DNA of 64,000 nucleotides from Eledone cirrhosa (Eukaryota): contig OZ024742.1 in the NCBI GenBank assembly GCA_964016885.1, positions 3,472,001-3,536,000 on the forward strand. Direction: 5' to 3'. Positions 12,538-25,659 of the stretch are shown here, in pieces; within the stretch, counting starts at the first letter, position 1; each line of letters begins with the position of its first letter. The notes beneath the pieces were generated by a model. That model was not told the origin of the DNA, searched no databases, and saw nothing but the letters and a program-made list of their open reading frames with translations. The position numbers were made by a program, and so were the translations under genes.

Positions 12538-14440
12538 ATGTTAAACGAAGCGAACGAAAATAGTGGTGGGGGGACAGCGGTAAGAGTTGTAAGCTCGCAC
12601 GCTTTAGTCCCCCCTTCCTTCCCAACTAACGTCATAGAGAAGGAAGGAAAAATTAAAATAAAAACAGACGAATCTGCGGAGAAAAATGACGAAAACACAA
12701 ATCTGGACATGGATTCCAACAACGAAAAAAAAAAATTTGAAAAATTGCATGACAATACTAATACCACAAACAAAGACACAACAAACACAAAAATAACATT
12801 TGAAAATAACACCATAACAGAAAGCAAAGCAGACGACAGAGTCAAGATTTCATTTGCACAAACAACAAAGAAATCTTTGACATATATACCCGAAAATATT
12901 TCAGATGTGGCACGAAGAATCACAGACGCCAAACAATACATAAGTGAAGGAGAGAATGGTATTTTATCGGTAAAAATGCCTCAAGAATTCACCAAAGACA
13001 TTGAAAGTCGAACGGTCGTGTTCGGCACCATCAATAACACTTCAAAAAAAACCTGAACAGCCTTCTCAAGCAGATATCAAAACAGTACTCACAGAAGTAC
13101 TTAATGAAACCACTTTCATAAGAAAAGACAGACTGTATGGAAGCCTAGCAATTATCATGAAGAACGAATCGGCGGCAAAAAAATGTGCTTTGTCACAGAT
13201 TCGTTCGAAACATTTTACCTTTTATCCATCTTATATGGGTAAAAGAACTCAACGCATATGGCTGGATGCAATGATGCCAGATGTGGACTACTGCTGGCTC
13301 ATAGCTGGCTTCATCGATCCAGTGAATGACAACGTGATTTCCATTGGGAAAACCACAGGCAATGCGTTCAGTGGAACAGGTATAGAGCTGGTAGTGCAAA
13401 TGAAGCCTGAACGCATCGCCCAAATACCCGACAGAATCCTATTAGAGGGCCACGGGTATATAAACATTAGCGTGGAAGGGAGAAGGCCATCCTGTCATAT
13501 CTGTGCAGGCAGATTGCACCTGAAGGCCGCTTGTCCCCAACTCAACAAAAAGAAAACCCTGCTACCAACACCAGCTCCACCACCACCACCACAACAGATA
13601 AACAAACAACAAAACTCAGTCCCACCCAACCCGTCCCTCAGTAAAACTACACCACCACCACAACACAAACAGTCACAACACATTACCCCAAAACAAAATA
13701 CAGGCCCACCCAACCCCTCACTCAATAAAACAACACAACCACCGCAGACACAACACACAACACAGTCTAACATAGTGACATCCATCTCCCCCACAAAGAA
13801 AACCAACACGGAAACATTACCAGCAAACGTACCTCTTCGCTCCAACACTGAAGATAACCCAACGAATTCGGAGGAAGAAACGGAGTCCTTCAGACAGATT
13901 AAAAGGAAAAAAAGAAAACATGTGCAAAACACACAAGGCCAAACAACCCCCATCCAAATGTCAACACAATCCAACAAAACAGAAAACACCCCTCTAGCAA
14001 CAAACAAAACCAAACCTGCTCCTCCCCTCTTCGAAACACTCACACCATCCGAAAAAAAGACATTACACTATACTTACATCAACAGAAACAATAATAAATT
14101 AAATGAACTCATAAACAATAATCCTTCGGTACAAACCGAAGGTGTAAACTTTGTTTCTTCAGAAAACTACCCACATTTAAAATTAATAAAGGTCCCAATG
14201 AACCTCTACCAAAAACTAAAAAAGAATTTTAAGGAAGACGTAGGACCACCCTCTGTCAAACCCATAAACCGCGTCCTACTAAAAAGCTTTCCCCCTCCCC
14301 TTCCCCTCCCCAACACAACTCCAAACACCCCAACCCCACCACACACTGACGACCCCACACCACCAAAAGACACCCCTTCACCCAACACCCCCGACCCCAT
14401 GGAAGTCGTGCGACCCGAACCCCGGGAAGCGGAAAGGTAG
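12538..14440 (+). pseudogene. Tx1 ORF1, one frameshift near the A-run at ~13050
   Basis: ORFs 12505-13056 and 13001-14440; CHICAGRLHLKAAC knuckle. Confidence 0.88.
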
Positions 14441-14473
14441 GTCTCTACACTCTCCTTTGGCTCTGCCGCCCAC

Positions 14474-17400
14474 ATGGATGTGTTAAGAGTAGGATGTTTG
14501 AATGCACGTGGCCTGGGCTCAACTTGGAAGCAAGCAAAGCTTCTAAATGACCTCAGGTCATGTGGTATAAATGTAATGGTTATCTGTGAGACTCGAATCA
14601 GCGTCGTGCGGCAGCTGGCCCCTACCTTCGATGACTTTGAGGTGCATGCATCTCTCTGTCAACCTGGAGGTGGGGGTGGGGTTGTCGTACTGCTGCAAAA
14701 ACACCTGGGTCTTGCCGTACAGGTTGTGCACTCGGACCCGGAGGGTCGTTTGTTGGTGCTAGACGTTGGCAGTAGTGAAGATGCGGCCTTGAGACTGGTC
14801 GCCGTCTACTCCCCTTTCGGAGCTGAACGGCCCGACTTCTTCCAGCGTTTGGAGACTTTTCTGGGAACGTCGCATTCCCAGCTTCTAGCAGGGGATTGGA
14901 ATGACATCCTAGATGCACGTTGGGACTATGCAGGAGCATGTCCTAATAGAGGGGGGTGTAACAGCCTCAAGGGGTTACTCGACCGTTTTAACTTCGTCGA
15001 TAGATATCGACTAGATTTTCCAACTGTGTCTACCTGGACTTGGAGAAACCACAGTGGTCAATCTAGATCGTACTTAGATAGATTCTTAGTTAGAAGTAAG
15101 GATAGGGACATATTAAGCTGTCCAGAAATGCGCACGGTTGGCTACACGGATCACAAATTAGTGACCTGAGTAGTCAATCTCGAGAAAACACATAAACAGG
15201 GTCCCGGTTACTGGAAACTTAATTTGTCTTTACCGGCAAAAGAGACTTACAGAAACCGGATTAGCAGATTAGTTAAGGAGAGGTTGACGGGTGCAATCGT
15301 CAACAACCGATGGTGGGCATCTCTCAAAAGAGAGATTAGAACAGAATCAATAAGTTATAGCAAGATGTTAGCTGCCGATAGGAATAGAAACGAGAAAGAA
15401 TTAACAGGTAAATTAGAAGAGGCAATCAAGAACGAAGATGTGGCCAGAGTGCTGGCATCGAGGACGGCCTTCGAAGTCATTCGAAGTAAAATACGTGCTC
15501 TAGGTAATGAGGGGGCCAAAGCCGTTGGCTGGGCCCGCGTGACAGAAGCTAAGAGTGGAAATCGATCCACCATCCGGTCGTTGCAAGACGAAGATGGACG
15601 GGTGATCCGGGAGTCTAAGCAGATGTGCGAGGCCTTTCAAAGGCACTTTGCCCGATTGTTCGGGGGAGGCGAGGGTCCGGGCGGGGGCGTGTATTTCGGT
15701 CCATACCTTGACGGCCTGCCGCGTCTCTCGAGCGAAGAGGCAGAGTCCTGCGAGGGACCAATCTCGGCTGATGAGATCGGAGATGCTCTGAGCCAATGCA
15801 GCAGACGCAAATCTCCAGGTCTCGATGGTATACCTTACGAACTTTATTTAGCAATGCCGGTCTTCTTCTCCGAACTCCTCGAAGCGGTCTACTGCAATTG
15901 GCAGCAGAACGGGAGAATTCCTTGTTCTGTAGCCAAGGGCGTAGTCACGCTGGTGAGGAAGGACGAGAACAAGGGAGATAGTATAAATAATTTTCGGCCC
16001 ATAACCCTGCTAAACACAGAGTTAAAGATTTTGGCCAAGGTGTTAGCAAAGAGGTTGGCGCTTGTCGTGGGTGGCCTGGTGGGAGATGTGCAGACATGTG
16101 CTATCCCATCTAGGTCCATTCACGATAACCTCCACCTCATGCGATACATCATAGAGAGGGTTGGCAACAAATCCGGCTTCGGTGGGGCCCTGATCAACTT
16201 GGATCAGTCTAAGGCCTTCGATATGGTCGACCATGGTTACCTGGATGCGGTGCTAGCGGCGGCTGGGTCCGGTCCTGTTTTCAGAGGCTGGATCACTGCC
16301 TTACATAGCAACCACATCTGTTCTAGGATCAAGGTGAACGGCTACCTTTCGAAGCCGTTCGAAATCACATGATCCATTCGACAGGGGGTGCCCTCTGTCC
16401 TCCCTTCTGTACGTATTGACTCTCGAGCCTTTACTGAGGAAGTTGGAGTTGTTGCAGGGTATCCCCCTGGAACCAGGATTGAGCAAAGCGGTGTCGGCCT
16501 ACGCCGATGACGTAACAGTAATGGTATCGACCGACTCGGAGATCGAGGCGATCGGTACCTTACTGGAGGATTACGAAAGGTTGTCAGGAGCGAAACTGAA
16601 CCGGGAAAAATCCATCGGGCTGCAACTCGGAACGTGGAGAGGCAGACCGATGCCTCCCGACGGTGTCGTCGGACACTGGACGGAGGGCCCGGTAAAGTTG
16701 CTTGGGGTCTGGTTTGGACCGGACCTCCAGGTGGAAAAGAACTGGAACGAGGTTACGAACAAGGTGTTTGCACTAACCCAGAAGTGGGCCAAGTGTAAGC
16801 TGTTCCTAAAAGGGCGGGCGGAGGTGGCGAACATTTACATAGCGTCCGTCACTTACTACCGCCTGACTGTCGTGCCTTGCCCTAAGGAAACACTCACGAC
16901 CATGGAACGCATGCTCTTCCAATTTCTTTGGAAGAAGCGCCCTCCTATGGTGAGAAGGTCCATCTGCTGTGAACAACCTTCGAAAGGAGGGCTGGGGATG
17001 CCGTGGTTGATGATGCGTAGGCACGCATTAAGGCTACGGCACCTACAGGTATTCCTCACTGGTCAACCGGTGTGGGCTCCGTTCGTGAAACGAGCCTTTC
17101 CGAGACTCGTCTCGCTCACCGAGCTGCAGTCCTGGGGCAAGCAATGATCCGGAAAACTGGGAGACTGGCACACTGAGTGTGCTCAGGCGCTCAGGGCTCT
17201 CTGGCAAGCGGGCCAGGCCGTCGGTGGAGAATCCACCTCATCATTCTATAGAGGGTTTGTGGCTAGCAGGTGCGATGACACCCTTGGAGAGTCGCTGGAC
17301 ATGGAAGAGAACGAACTGGCCAGCCTGTTCGGTAGGACTTTCGGCCCGGGACCAATGGACAACTTCCAGAAGTCACTAGCCTGGCAGTGCTACCGGGGGT

Positions 17401-17882
17401 CTCTACCCGTTCGAGAGAGGCTCTACAGACACGGGCGCCCGGGCAGGGATCCCTCAAAAAAGATTTGCCCTAGATGCGTGCGTCACGAAGAAACCGTTGT
17501 GCACGCATTGGTGCAATGTCCAGGCGTGGCTGATCTGTGGGGCTACGCCGAACGACTGCTGTCGCGGGTGGCGCCGATTCAATTGACCGCCGAGTCCGTG
17601 ATGACAATCAAACCGCTTCCCCTCTTCACAAAGGAAGCAAAGGCGGTTTTTCTGTGCGTAATAGCCATGCTGAAAGAGGTTGTTTGGTGGACACGATTGA
17701 AAGGTCTGAGGTCAGGCAACTTCCTCTCTGGCCATAGTCTGGTCTACTTCTTCCGATATCACTTCGGAAGAAGGATAAGAATGGAGAGAGAGGTCCTTGG
17801 CCACAGGCAGTTTTATGAAAGGTGGGTGATAGTGGCGAGAATGGCTCGTGTAAATGGGCCTTCTCTGTATACCATCCTGTAG
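14474..17882 (+). pseudogene. Tx1 ORF2 (APE, RT, zinc finger) with premature stops/frameshifts
   Basis: ORFs 14474-15169, 15224-16372, 16416-17147, 17259-17882; YADD; CPRC..EETVVHALVQC. Confidence 0.92.
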
Positions 17883-18101
17883 GTAAAGAAGTAAAGGAGA
17901 GGGGAACACCTTCTCCATGTGCTCCCCGGGCAAAGGATTGCACACTTTTTCGGAGGTGTGTGCAACCCCCATCACGTCCCCTCCGTTTTGAGGTTATTTT
18001 CGATTATTTTCATTTTATACCCTTTTTACTCGATTGTATGTAAACTCCCCCTTTGTATTTATCCCTGCTTTTTATGCCTTTATGGTAAATAAAGAAATAT
18101 A

Positions 18102-18245
18102 TCTATATACTACTAAAACTGTGATTTTGTGCTTGTCTGTAATGTAATACAGCCCAAACGGGGCATGATGGGAAAATAGATTGAAAGGGAAGTTCACCCA
18201 AATGGAATAAAATAAGTGTCACGTAAATGGGGGTTTTTCCTAGTA
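18102..18245 (+). mobile_element. Possible Helitron 5' terminus
   Basis: A/TCTATATACTACTAAAACTGTGATTTTGTGCTTGTCTGT resembles the TC-TATA...AAAA starts of animal Helitrons; no RepHel coding sequence seen. Confidence 0.4.
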
Positions 18246-18458
18246 CCTTCATAAATAGAGAGAGAGAAAGCGAAAGATAGAGAGAAAGAGACAGTGGTTG
18301 TGAGAGAGTAGATTCAAAGAGAGAAATAGGGAGGGGAACAGAGAAGGAAAATGGAAGCGAGAGTTGCTGAATGTGATATCACACACACGCAGACACACAC
18401 ACACACACATACATACACACACGCGCGCGCACACGCACACATACACACACACATATAT

Positions 18459-19260
18459 TAGGGTGGCACGTAGCAATAACTAATTTGAAAATTCCTCAAA
18501 TAACATGAAAAACTTACGAAATATTACGTTTTCTTAATAAAGCACACAACTTCTATAAGAGAAACGTATTTTTATTTACAATAATTTCTATAGAATCAAA
18601 AATATAATGTGAACACTGAACACTGAATATTTAACATTATTTTTGCATAAGATTGCACAATGTGCATAAGATTGCATAATGTGCGGTGGATTGGCAGTAT
18701 CGGTAGAGGGTCGGACGCCCTGCTTTGACGCATAGAGTTACGGCCCTTTCCATTCTGAGTTCAAATCCGACCAATGTTAACTTTGTCTTTCATCCTTACG
18801 GGGTTGATAAAATAAAGTAACAGTAATCGACTGGGTAATTGCTGGCCTTGTGGCAAAAGTAGAAACAATTATTTTTTCATAAGAGAGGATTTAGTGGCAG
18901 TTGGGTGTGTTTTACGGGTTTTGGTAATGATCTGTAAAACAAATTGTTTCTCAGTTTCATCTTTTAGGAGAATGTTATTGTGATCCTGAATGAGTTTGAC
19001 ATCTCTTTCATCATTCATAACAACTGTCTTCTCATGTTTTTCAAGACCAATTTTGTAATCAGGACCATCCTTCCATGTTGAAGGGTCTTGTTGAGGAAAT
19101 CGGTGCTGATAGAAAATCTCGTGAAGAATGTTTTTGTACCAGGAGTTACAAAAGACGAAAACTCGATGTCTGTAAAGGAAAAAAAGTCATTTTGGTGGAG
19201 AATGTACCTGTTCAGTTGAATTTTTTTCTGCTTCCTTTCCACCTTTATCTGCTTCCAGCA
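18459..19260 (-). mobile_element. hAT-superfamily (hATm-like) DNA transposon 3' relic, interrupted by a SINE
   Basis: Terminus TAGGGTG at 18459; minus strand ~19140-18880 with one frameshift reads FLN/DPSTWKDGPDYK..VVMNDERDVKLIQDHNNILLKDETEKQFVLQIITKTRKTHP, like the ND.AERGVKL..LTKDE..Q..LQ C-terminus of such transposases (recalled motif). Confidence 0.65.
18683..18871 (+). mobile_element. tRNA-derived SINE
   Basis: A-box-like TGGCAGTATCGG, B-box-like GAGTTCAAATCC, central CTTTCATCCTTACGGGGTTGATAAAATAAAGTA, ATT tail; 17-bp flanking duplication with 1 mismatch (18636, 18868). Confidence 0.9.
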
Positions 19261-19719
19261 TAACTTGAGAAATATTTGCCTTAACCTCTCCTTGTTCTCC
19301 TTTTCTCATTGCTCACCTTTTCTCATTGAGCTCCTTGCTCTCCTTTTATCCCTGTTCTCCTCGCTCTCTTTTTCTCACTGCTCTCCTTTTCTCCTTCCTC
19401 TCCTGTTCTCCTGCTCTCCTTGCTCTCCTTTTCTCCTTGCTCTCCCTTTTCCCTTGTATCTATGTACTTGTTTGTATACAAATATAACGAGAAAAGAGGA
19501 GGAAGTAGAGTATACATATATACTTATCATATATATGTATATATGTGTATATATATATATATTAGAATCGGTGCTCTGAAATAGCGATATATATATGAAT
19601 GTATATATAGTGTAATTGGTAATACACTGTATGCTTAATTAAAAGCATTTTGAAGACTTTACGCTATTATTTTAAAGTAGTGACTATGTAACTTCTATTT
19701 TCAGCAAACAAGGGGAGAT

Positions 19720-19765
19720 AATCTGACAGAGCTCTGTTTCGTACTGTTGGTACTTATCAAAGCCG
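19720..19765 (-). ncRNA. Type I hammerhead ribozyme motif, U3-A8 core variant (unit 1)
   Basis: Minus strand: GGCT TTGATAA GTAC-CAACA-GTAC GAAA CAGAGCTCTG TC AGATT. Confidence 0.7.
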
Positions 19766-20032
19766 AGCAGTCCTCCTGTTTGGTGAAAATCATGAATGTT
19801 GGATTCTTATAGAATTCCAGTAATAATCAGGAACTGATTATACAGAGCGGTTGCTAGTCCAGCAGAAATTGAAAATTAGAATTGGTGCTCTGAAATAGCG
19901 ATATATATATGAATGTATGTATAGTGTATTTTGTACTGTATACTTAATTGAAAGCATTTTGAAGACCTTACGCTATTGTTTTAAAGTAATGACTATGTCA
20001 CTTACTTCTATTTTCAGCAAACAAGGGGAGAT

Positions 20033-20078
20033 AAGCTGACAGACCTCTGTTTCGTACTGTTGCTACTTATCAAAGCTT
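20033..20078 (-). ncRNA. Type I hammerhead ribozyme motif, U3-A8 core variant (unit 2)
   Basis: Minus strand: AAGCT TTGATAA GTAG-CAACA-GTAC GAAA CAGAGGTCTG TC AGCTT; perfect 5-bp helix I. Confidence 0.7.
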
Positions 20079-20280
20079 AGCACTCCTCCTGTTTGCTGAA
20101 AATTATGGATGTTGGATTCTTATAGAATTCCAGTAATAATCAGGAACTGATTATACAGAGCGGTTACATTTTGAAGTCACTACTTTAAAACAATAGCGTA
20201 AGGTCTTCAAAATGCTTTTAATTAAGCATACAGTGTATTGCAAAATACACTATATAGAGATATGTCCATATACGTATGTC

Positions 20281-20345
<65 letters not shown>

Positions 20346-20532
20346 TAAACATTGATGCAATTCAATTCAATTTGGATTGCCTCGGAAACATAACCTTATT
20401 ATGTAACAAGCTGTCTGACGATGTCGCGAAACTGGCACACAGAACAGTGTGGCCACTTTCGCCATTGAAATATATATCACAGCATTATTATTAAAGAACT
20501 TGAACATCTGAAACTACTTCGCTTTTCTTTAT

Positions 20533-20573
<41 letters not shown>

Positions 20574-20581
<8 letters not shown>

Positions 20582-20793
20582 ATGCTTTTGGAGGGTCATG
20601 TTGCCAATAAGAAAGACACGCACCAGTTGCTTTCACTTCAATTTATTATAAATTTAATTTATAATAAATTGAAGTGAAAGCAACTGATGCGTGTCTTTCT
20701 TATTGGCAACATGATCCTCCAAAAGCATAACAATATCGGTTCCAACACACGTTTTCAGATAAAGAATCTTGCTAAACAAATTCAGAAACGAAA
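20574..20793 (+). mobile_element. Short fold-back element, same family as 30482-31085
   Basis: ~80-bp inverted arms centred at 20655 plus a ~58-bp unpaired 3' tail; (TA)n on both sides. Confidence 0.75.
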
Positions 20794-20945
<152 letters not shown>

Positions 20946-21069
20946 TTCATCAGAAGAAAGAATGAGAAATAAGATAGATTGAGGGGACGGGCGTGTTGGA
21001 ATTGGAAAAAATGTCTTTAGATAAAAATAACAGGTCCATTCATGTTGACATCTCTTATATATATGTATA

Positions 21070-21683
<614 letters not shown>

Positions 21684-21767
21684 TATATATATACAGTATT
21701 AATAAATGGAAACTATATTTATAAAACCATATCTATTTTATTATATATATTTCAAGGATACCAAGTC

Positions 21768-23390
21768 AGATTAATTGCACCATCTAAATCTGACCTGGGC
21801 AGACTTAGCAAAAATATTCTAGATAGAATAATACAATAAATTAAGAATTTACCTAATTTATCTTACTTAAAATTATGGAAAGGGACTAGTGAGGTTATCG
21901 GTTGGTTTAAAGAAATTAAATATAACTATAATAATAAGTTTATTCAGTTGGATATTGCTAACTACTACTCATCTATCACTCCTAATCTACTGAATAAGGC
22001 ACTAACTTACGCATTTAAACATACAGACCTAACTAGCAATGAAATGCACATTATATTATCGGCAAGAAAAACATTAATAGAATTTAATAACCAACTCTGG
22101 ACTAGGGCAGATAGAAATAATAATTTCGACATAACTATGGGATCTTCAGACTCAGCTCAGGTAACGGACCTTGTGGGCCTTTTTATGATTAATTCTCTAC
22201 ATAGAAAAATACCAGGGGTAACTGGAGGATTATATCGTGACGACATGCTTTTTCTTATAGAAAATAATAGCTGTGAACTAAATAGAATAAGAAAACAAAT
22301 TATACAATTTTTTAATTACCTTAATCTAAAAGTAGAAATAGAGAATAACCATAAAATAGTCAATTTTCTAGATGTAACACTAAATCTAAACACATGTCTT
22401 CATTATCCATTTCACAAACTAAATGATAACTTAAATTATGTCAATTTTAACTCTAATCACCCCAGATCCGTTAAAAATACTATAGTGAACTCGGTTCAAG
22501 AACGAATCTCAAGAATTTCATCTAATAAGAATATATTTTATGAAAAAGCGCATTATTACAACGAAGCGTTAGGTAGAGCTGGGTATAGAAATAAAATTAA
22601 ATACATCGATAATAATAATAATATACAAAATAACCAAAATAATAAAAACTTTAATTATGGTAACAATTTCAACAACTATAATAGAAAATATTACAATAAC
22701 TTCAAAAGCCGAAAAAGAAATAGAACTAGGAATATATTATGGTTCGCTCCTCCTTTCTCACTAAATATTAAAACCCCTATTGCTAAACTATTCTTTAAAG
22801 CTCTTGACAAACGATTCCCTAGAACACATAAATATTACTCAATTTTTAATAGACATACTATAAAATTAACTTACTCTTCCACCAAAAATTTAGCGCAAAA
22901 TATTAATAGAATTAATAATAGAAATTTAAAACCTAACCAAAATACCAATAATAATCCAAGCAATATTCAATCGAATAACTGTAACTGTAGAAATAAATCA
23001 AACTGTCCGTTAAATAACAACTGCTTAGCTAAAAATCTAGTTTATAATTGTAATGTTAAAACTAATTTAAATTCATTTAACTATGTCGGTTCTACCTCTA
23101 CAGAATTTAAATCCCGCTTCAATAATCATAAAAATTCTTTTACAGATCCAAACAAAAAATCTTCAACTTCGCTATCTAGCCTATTATGGGACCTAAAACG
23201 AGATAATGTTGAATATTCGTTGATTTGGAATATTATTTCATAAGCTACTCCTTTTAATTCCTCTTCTGAAAATTGTGATCTTTGTATAGAGGAAATATTT
23301 TTATATTAAAGACCAAAAATTCCCTTAATTTAAGAAATAATTTATTCAGTTGCTGCAGACATAGATTGAACTCAACGTTTAAATATAAAT
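21768..23390 (+). pseudogene. Penelope-like RT plus GIY-YIG endonuclease (motifs recall the Naiad group), disrupted
   Basis: ORF 21948-23243: DIANYYSSI, ITMGSSDSAQVTDLVG, LYRDD, NFLDVTL, CNCRNKSNCPLNNNCL, LVYNC..YVGST..FKSRFNNH; continues past a TAA as CDLCIEE..SCCRHR. Confidence 0.9.
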
Positions 23391-23689
23391 ATAAATTTAA
23401 AATGTAGTTTAATTAATTAAATAATTTAGTTAATATAAGAAACCTGTCGATAAATCATTAGATTCCTTCACCTTTTTCGTTTCCTTTGGTTAAGTACCCA
23501 AGTATAAATTTTCTTCATAAATATAATTATAAATATAATAAACTATTCTAGAAAAGTTTATCCTTTCAATATCTGGAATAAAATATACGTAAGATAAATT
23601 TCTATACTAGACATATTATTTTAGCTTTGATTCATTTTATTTATATTTTTTTATTAGATTCATATTTTTTATTAGATTCATTTTTTTTA

Positions 23690-24052
23690 TTATTCATTTT
23701 ATTTTTATTTTTTATTTTATATTTTTTATTTTTTATTTTTTATTTTTTATTTTTTATTTTTTATTTTTTATTTTTTATTTTTTATTTTTTATTTTTTATT
23801 TTTTATTTATTTTTTATCTTTTATTTTTTATTTTTTATTTTTTATTTTTTATTTTTTATTTTTTATTTTTTATTTATTTTTTATTTTTTATTTTTTATTT
23901 TTTATTTTTTTTTTTTTATTTTTTATTTTTTATTTTTTATTTTTTATTTTTTATTTTTTATTTTTTATTTTTTATTTTTTTTTTTTATTTTATTTTTTTT
24001 TTTTTTAATTTTTTTTTTTTTATTTTTTTTTTTTTATTTTTTTTTTTTTATT
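23690..24052. repeat. (TTTTTTA)n-like low-complexity tract within the Penelope 3' UTR
   Basis: Direct reading. Confidence 0.9.
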
Positions 24053-25318
24053 AGATTTGTTTGTATTCTGAGAGCTCATAATTGTTATTAGATTTATTTA
24101 TTAAATTCTGTTTAGCTTCTCATAATTTTCAAAAGTTTGTCCTCTCAATGTCTTGATTAAAATATACGTAATATAAATTTCTATGCTAAATATATTAAAC
24201 ATATTATTTTAACTTGAAATATTCTATAGTATTTTGGGATATTTTATTATTTTGATGTTTGTAGAATTCGTTTGCCTTTTAAGTTATATTGATATAATTA
24301 TAATCCTTTTCTATTTTATATACTCAATTGTACTATGTTATATGTTGATGTATACTTATGTCTATGTACGGCTTATATATCTATATGTGTGGGTTGACAT
24401 ACATATACATTTTATAGGTTTTGTGTGATTATATGTCTGTCTGTATATATGCATGAGTGACGCGTGTATACCAATTGAAGATGCACACACATATCTATTC
24501 ATGTATAGCTAAGAATTATGGGTGTGAATATACATGCTTACACATGCAGTTTTTGATTGCAGATATACATAACTTAACAGCCATAAATGCAGAAAAGTTA
24601 ATCCTATATATTTGTAGATATATACTAAATTTTTTTAATTAATAACACAAGGAGTGTATAGCAATAAATAAAAAATCACTTATGCTTTGTATGTATACAT
24701 TGTGTGCGGGAGTAGATATAATGTGTATCTCTGAGTGAGTGAGTATATATATATATATTGATGTACCTTTGTCTATGTATATGTGATATACGATAGATAA
24801 TTTCTCTAGCAATATATTTATTTTGTAGTGTTTAAATTCCAATTTTTAATATATTGATCTCAATTTTAAACTAAATATATAATCATAATTAAACAATGTG
24901 TAATTTCTCATATTATATATCTATATTCCATTCACGAATATTAATATTTCTAATTTTATTTATTAATTTCATCTCAATTGTTAACTCAACTTAATATAAC
25001 ATAACTTAAGGTTTTCGTTCTCTCCCCCTCTCTCTATCTATGCATATCTCTCTCTTGAGCCCTTTCTCTGTCTGATGTTTTGATATCTCCCCGTTATTTT
25101 TCCTCTGTTCTCTTTGCTTTCTTCTTTTTCTCTAGCTATCTTTCCCTCTCTTTTTTCCACGTTTCTCTCTCTCTCTCTCTCTCCATCTTTTTACTTACTC
25201 TTAACAAAATGACTTACTAAAGTAAACAAACCACTATCCGGATGGCCTCCAAAAACAACGGTCACCTTTTTGAAAGGGTATGTCAATTATCTATTTGTAA
25301 AACTGTTATATATTGTAC

Positions 25319-25378
25319 TTTGTCTGATGAAGGCATACCATGATTTAACTTGGTATCCTTGAAATATATATAATAAAA
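25319..25378 (+). ncRNA. Type I hammerhead ribozyme motif in the Penelope 3' end
   Basis: TTTGT CTGATGA AGGCATACCA-loop-TGGTATCCTT GAAA TATATA TA ATAAA. Confidence 0.7.
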
Positions 25379-25469
25379 TAGATATGGTTTTATAAATATA
25401 GTTTCCATTTATTAATACTGTATATCTACTCCAAATATTTGTCGGGTGCTTTATATCAGTTATAATAAT

Positions 25470-25659
25470 TGTTTCTACTTTAGGCACAAGGCCAGCAATT
25501 ACCCAGTTCATTACTGGTACTTTATTTTATCGACCCCGTAAGGATGAAAGGCAAAGTCAACCTCGGCGGGATTTGAACTCAGATCGTAAAGGGACGTAAC
25601 TATGCTGGAAAGCATGGCGTCCGACCCTCTACCGATACTGCCAATCCACCCCCGTTCAG
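25470..25659 (-). mobile_element. tRNA-derived SINE nested in the Penelope tail, 18-bp TSD
   Basis: TATATCAGTTATAATAAT at 25452-25469 and 25660-25677; same family as 18683. Confidence 0.92.

Larger units (their letters stand above)
12303..18099 (+). mobile_element. Tx1-clade LINE, full-length (copy a2) with 16-bp target-site duplication
   Basis: TATCTATATACTACTA at 12287-12302 and 18100-18115; AATAAA at 18088-18093; two ORFs. Confidence 0.93.
19561..20255 (-). mobile_element. Retrozyme-like / non-autonomous Penelope-type element: ~313-bp tandem dimer plus inverted 5' piece
   Basis: 19561-19851 repeats at 19876-20165; ~20172-20255 is the reverse complement of ~19605-19685; each unit has a hammerhead motif. 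Confidence 0.75.

Noticed and set aside
22978-23360. Selenocysteine recoding as reported for some Naiad elements
   Set aside because: Conserved cysteines use TGT/TGC and the premature stop at 23241 is TAA
23627-24091. ORF-track proteins rich in F/I/Y/L/N (also 20276, 20654, 26974-27773, 34329, 39214-39637, 56475)
   Set aside because: Translations of microsatellites and low-complexity DNA
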